Virus record (IMG/VR): IMGVR_UViG_3300021376_000010 | Reading direction: 5' to 3' (one strand) | Source: a virus | Length of the DNA stretch: 64,000 bases | Shown: piece by piece, positions 60,429-64,000 of the stretch | Layout of the letters: each line of letters begins with the position of its first letter | How positions within the stretch are numbered: the stretch's first letter is position 1 | Translations under genes and position numbers: made by a program | Notes under the pieces: model-generated | Seen by the model: the letters and a program-made list of their open reading frames with translations, nothing else | Told to the model about the DNA's origin: nothing | Database searches by the model: none

Positions 60429-60486
60429 ATCATAGCACCTTTAGGGTGCGGAATCAAGTATAAATGGACGGTCCAAAAACCGTCCA
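60429..60486 (-). promoter_or_regulatory. Early promoter cassette
   Basis: TGGACGG-N8-CCGTCCA (60465-60486), 7 bp, TTGATT-17-TATGAT. Confidence 0.75.
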
Positions 60487-60703
60487 TCGTTATACATATG
60501 TATTTAATCAACCAACCACTTTTAAGGAGTAGGGTCAAAGTAAACAATTTCTTCCAGCATTGGAAGAATCTCGTATTGAATATCATCAAGATGTTGACTC
60601 ATAATAGTCATATCCATCTCATGAAGTTTGTTCTCACGTTCCACAAGTTCAGTTAGAATCTTGTAGGCACGTTCAACTTCTGCGTAAGCATAAACAGTAG
60701 TTC

Positions 60704-60967
60704 TCACCACTCACCTCGTTGAATCAGAATCTTTTTGATTTCATTGAAGATAAACTTCTTCAGTTTTGCATCATTGGTTGCCACATAGGCACAGTGAAGA
60801 CGTTGCAAATAATCTTTTTGAGTGTTGACTTTAACTACCTTTACATTAGTCACACCAAGGTCACGCATCGGGGAACCTGCTTTTACTTTAGCACGTCCGA
60901 AGTTCCCAGACACAACACCTTGAGTGCGAAGTTTGGGTTTGATTTTGGAGAGATTGGAGTCGGTCAT
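60704..60967 (-). CDS. Basic hypothetical protein (87 aa)
   Basis: SNLSKIKPKLRTQG..GNFGR.KVKAGS. Confidence 0.7.
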   Translation of the reverse strand: MTDSNLSKIKPKLRTQGVVSGNFGRAKVKAGSPMRDLGVTNVKVVKVNTQKDYLQRLHCAYVATNDAKLKKFIFNEIKKILIQRGEW

Positions 60968-60988
60968 TACCCTTTTGAGGATGCTCTT

Positions 60989-61047
60989 ATTATAGGGGAA
61001 ACACCGACCCAATGGGAGGGGTGCTGTGCCAGTTCCACAAGTGTCAG
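60989..61047 (-). promoter_or_regulatory. Early promoter cassette
   Basis: GTGCCAG-N8-GTGTCAG (61026-61047), 31 bp, TATAAT. Confidence 0.7.
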
Positions 61048-61476
61048 TCGGTGGTTAAATGACGATACTGAAGTTTATCCATATAATGATAAATGGTGTT
61101 GTCGTCATAAAACTCATAGAATCTTTGCGGATTCTTTTCTTTCATCTTTGTGAGCATGTTTATCCACTGATAATCACAATCAATCTCATATCCAATGTGT
61201 CTTTCATTCATTTTTATTTCTCTCGTCTAGATAATCAAATACAGGTGAATAAAGAACAAAGAAGAACCAAGCAAAAGAAGCAGAAATAATTAGAAAATAA
61301 ATCATCGTTTCAACAAAGTAAGTTGACGTTTGAGTTCAATTTCAATTGGAATTAAGTGAGATACAAAAAATTTCTCATATTCATTCCCCTCAACAATCTT
61401 TGAGAGATTGTCAATCTGAATAAGAGCAAGAGTAAACTTAGTTTGTTTGTCCATTGGGTGTTTGTTTCATTAACCC

Positions 61477-61534
61477 ATTATAGGGCATCCAAGTCTCCAC
61501 CGTGCCTCTCAGTGGACAGTTCATATGCTGGTTC
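61477..61534 (-). promoter_or_regulatory. Early promoter cassette overlapping the 3' end of ORF 61478-61684
   Basis: Degenerate palindrome at 61513-61534, 30 bp, TATAAT. Confidence 0.65.
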
Positions 61535-61684
61535 AACATATCCAATTTTTGCATCTGCAAAAAAATTGTTTAGGATTTCATCGCAGATTTGATATTTTTT
61601 ACTGCTAAGTGAAGCAAAGGACATTTGATAATGACGCACTGCATCATAGATTACTTTTTTGTGTTCTTTGGAAAGTTCACTCAT
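61478..61684 (-). CDS. Hypothetical protein (68 aa), tandem paralog of 61681-61842
   Basis: LSKE..IYDAVRHYQ..C.EIL. Confidence 0.7.
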   Translation of the reverse strand: MSELSKEHKKVIYDAVRHYQMSFASLSSKKYQICDEILNNFFADAKIGYVEPAYELSTERHGGDLDAL

Positions 61685-61842
61685 CGCACTTGCTCTCTCT
61701 TTTGAGTATAAGTTAAATCAAACAAAGTAGTCAGAATATCAACGCAATCATTATATAATTTTATATCTTGAATATTATTATGTTGATATTTACGAACAGC
61801 AGCAACAACGATTTCTAATTGTTCTTTAGATAGATTATTCAT
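61681..61842 (-). CDS. Hypothetical protein (53 aa)
   Basis: Manually translated MNNLSKEQLEIVVAAVRKYQ..DCVDIL.. Confidence 0.65.
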   Translation of the reverse strand: MNNLSKEQLEIVVAAVRKYQHNNIQDIKLYNDCVDILTTLFDLTYTQKREQVR

Positions 61843-62561
61843 TTTATGCAACTCACACTAATCTGAATGTTCTTAAATGCTTCTGACATTTGACGATAAC
61901 CTGCACCAATATAAATTTGCCCACCAACTACAGCAACTGCCATAGCACCCCAAAAGATATAATACCAACGAGATTTAATTTGGTGTTTCTTGTTCTTCAT
62001 TTTTCAGTTTATCAAGATGGTCGGAAATTGCTTTAATAAAATCTTCTTCGGTCCAAGTATTAAACATAGACTCTTGTGGGTCATTTTCATCCCAAGAAAT
62101 TGTGAATGAACCATCAGTTTCTTCTTTTACTTCAATCATTTTTCATACACGGGTCGAGTGTTGTTGCAATGTAAAAAGTAATGATACTCAGCAAGAGGAC
62201 CATATTTCCATTCTACTATATCACATCCTTTGTAGGTGTCAACTACTTTTGCACTTCTTGGAATATCCTTCGCAGTTTTTGTCGTTGACCAATAGACATC
62301 ATCAATCCACTGTCTCATCCGAGTAATTAACATAAAGATTGTCCCCACCAATGTTTAGATGAAAAATTTGCCCGTTATTAAGATAGATTCCCAACCATAC
62401 AGCACGACCTTCTTCCATCGTCTCATAATGAACCATCTTTACATCTTCCAGAACAATCTCGTCTGGGTTTTTAGTCCACCGTGTCATTTCAATACCTCAT
62501 CAACATCAATACCATCAGGTAATTCATCCATAAACAGTATAGCAGTTATACTATTTAACAT

Positions 62562-62816
62562 TCAATAATGATCGATATCCTCACAAGGGACTCGTTCCCA
62601 TTCAGTCCAGGTTCTAACATATCCAGAACGATACCTGTTACCTGGGACATATTCCTCGTGATGAACCCTGACATTACACATCGGAATATAACGTATGTGG
62701 CGTGGATAATAGTGATGATGGCTTTCAACTCTAAATGGTTCCCAGAACTCTTTCCAAGTAATTGCCTGTGCTGGAAGAGAGAGGAAGGGTAGAAGAAGAA
62801 AAGGTAGGAATTTCAT
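62562..62816 (-). CDS. Putative secreted/periplasmic small protein (84 aa)
   Basis: Signal peptide MKFLPFLLLPFLSLPAQA; C..EEYVPG..GYV..VPC. Confidence 0.7.
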   Translation of the reverse strand: MKFLPFLLLPFLSLPAQAITWKEFWEPFRVESHHHYYPRHIRYIPMCNVRVHHEEYVPGNRYRSGYVRTWTEWERVPCEDIDHY

Positions 62817-62962
62817 AGGAATTGATCCAGTGGACCTGTTGCTTTTTTAGAGAGTTTCACTTGCTTCTGCCTTCATTTCAGGAGTAGAAGTTTTCGCAAT
62901 CTCATCATAGAAGTTTGTGAGTGCGACTGTAAGAAGTGCTGTTTGTCTGCGTGCGAGTTCCA

Positions 62963-63202
62963 TCAACCAACTCCATATGCTTCAAGAATAGCACGGGCAA
63001 GTCCGATTGCCAAATCCTTCTGTTCAATACTGATATCCTCACGAGCACCACCAGAACAAGAAGTAATGAAAATACCAGCATTATCTACTGTGAGTTCTAC
63101 TCGTTCAGTTTCATTCTCATTTTCAGGATTAGTCCAAGTAAAGACATCAATCTTACTGCGGAGCACATCAGTTCCAGGAATGAGAGTGTAGAAGTTAGAC
63201 AT
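62963..63202 (-). CDS. Hypothetical protein (79 aa)
   Basis: ORF track; follows a promoter. Confidence 0.7.
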   Translation of the reverse strand: MSNFYTLIPGTDVLRSKIDVFTWTNPENENETERVELTVDNAGIFITSCSGGAREDISIEQKDLAIGLARAILEAYGVG

Positions 63203-63225
63203 TAGAGTTCTGTGTGTATGAGTGT

Positions 63226-63283
63226 ATTATAGGGCATCCAAGTCCCGTCTGCGGTGCTTTGTGGACACTTTTTCAACTGTTCC
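63226..63283 (-). promoter_or_regulatory. Early promoter cassette overlapping the 3' end of ORF 63227-63487
   Basis: TGGACAC-N8-CTGTTCC (63262-63283), 30 bp, TATAAT. Confidence 0.7.
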
Positions 63284-63487
63284 ATCACCCTGTCTCATAA
63301 GTTCCTTAGCAAGAAACAAAAGGTCTTCAACGGGAATACTTTCTTTGTAGTTATACTTTCGGGCAAATGCTTTTACAGCACATTCAAGAGTGATTGCCTG
63401 TAAGTGTTCCATACTGATAGGTGTGCCATGAGAAAGTCCAGCACACTCATCATTATAAAACTGATTGTACCTATCTAATAGTTTCAT
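63227..63487 (-). CDS. Hypothetical protein (86 aa)
   Basis: ORF track. Confidence 0.65.
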   Translation of the reverse strand: MKLLDRYNQFYNDECAGLSHGTPISMEHLQAITLECAVKAFARKYNYKESIPVEDLLFLAKELMRQGDGTVEKVSTKHRRRDLDAL

Positions 63488-63792
63488 TATGAGTAATTAA
63501 AGTGATAATGTGTTTCCCAAGTAAATACAGGTTGGTCTCTTCGTTGAAGCATCATTTTAACATTATGAGGAACCAGAGTATCATATCTTTTCATAAACTC
63601 TTCTTCTGTGAGTTCCTCAAATCCGTACATATAATGGTCTGCACCAAGACCAATAAACGATGCAAATTTTTCTTTCTCACGGTCTCTATCATCTACAGAT
63701 TGATAGTTGCGACAAATTTTTAACCAGTAAGACCTACCCTCACCTGTTGCCAAATAATCAACGACAAAGAAACGATAAAATGGTTCAGTCAC
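63487..63792 (-). CDS. Hypothetical protein (101 aa)
   Basis: DY.ATGEG motif; GTG start. Confidence 0.7.
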   Translation of the reverse strand: MTEPFYRFFVVDYLATGEGRSYWLKICRNYQSVDDRDREKEKFASFIGLGADHYMYGFEELTEEEFMKRYDTLVPHNVKMMLQRRDQPVFTWETHYHFNYS

Positions 63793-64000
63793 GATAGAAA
63801 TACCTTAAGTGTGCGTCCGTTGTCTTGTTCTGATACTTGAACGTGAGAGCAGTCATATTGAACAAACTCTCGTCCAGTTTTACCAATCACTTCTACACGA
63901 TTGATGAGTGGATAAGACTTGATATAGTCTCCGTTTGGTGCTTCATAATCTACATCATCTTCACCTTTGAAATCCTCATAATCAATTCCAAGTGATGCTA

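Noticed and set aside
45396-63283. Palindromic repeats as a CRISPR array
   Set aside because: Copies are 0.5-2 kb apart, separated by genes, degenerate and phased to -10 boxes; no cas genes
43320-63283. 22-bp palindrome as an NtcA or CRP site
   Set aside because: Half-sites do not match GTA-N8-TAC or TGTGA-N6-TCACA

Overview
This is 64 kb of a T4-like cyanophage genome (Kyanoviridae-type myovirus; a cyanobacterial host is inferred). Nearly all genes are on the minus strand. The window has three parts. (1) 1-40 kb is a late structural module: gp25, gp6, gp7 and gp8 baseplate genes, a 2516-aa DUF4815-type virion protein, several fibre-like proteins, an S8 subtilisin-like protease and a >1312-aa internally repeated protein that runs off the left edge. 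(2) 40-42.8 kb holds speD, a GT2-like glycosyltransferase and small ORFs. It is followed by a ~1 kb non-coding region (42.8-43.8 kb) with five cyanobacterial-type DnaA boxes (TTTTCCACA) and a divergent pair of promoters with no convincing downstream ORF, which is a candidate replication origin or DnaA-titration locus. (3) 43.8-64 kb is a hyperplastic early region of small, often acidic ORFs organised into cassettes. Sixteen copies of a 22-bp palindrome (GTGCCAC-N8-GTGGCAC and variants; 2 in the non-coding region, 14 heading cassettes) each lie 29-31 bp upstream of a sigma70 -10 box. The early region also encodes a Dam-like methyltransferase plus a MutH/Sau3AI-like nuclease, an ArdA-like protein, an SF2 helicase, an HNH nuclease, a metallophosphoesterase and tRNA-Arg(TCT). 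By manual scan it has no GATC site for ~17.6 kb. All family assignments come from motif recognition by eye, not database searches.
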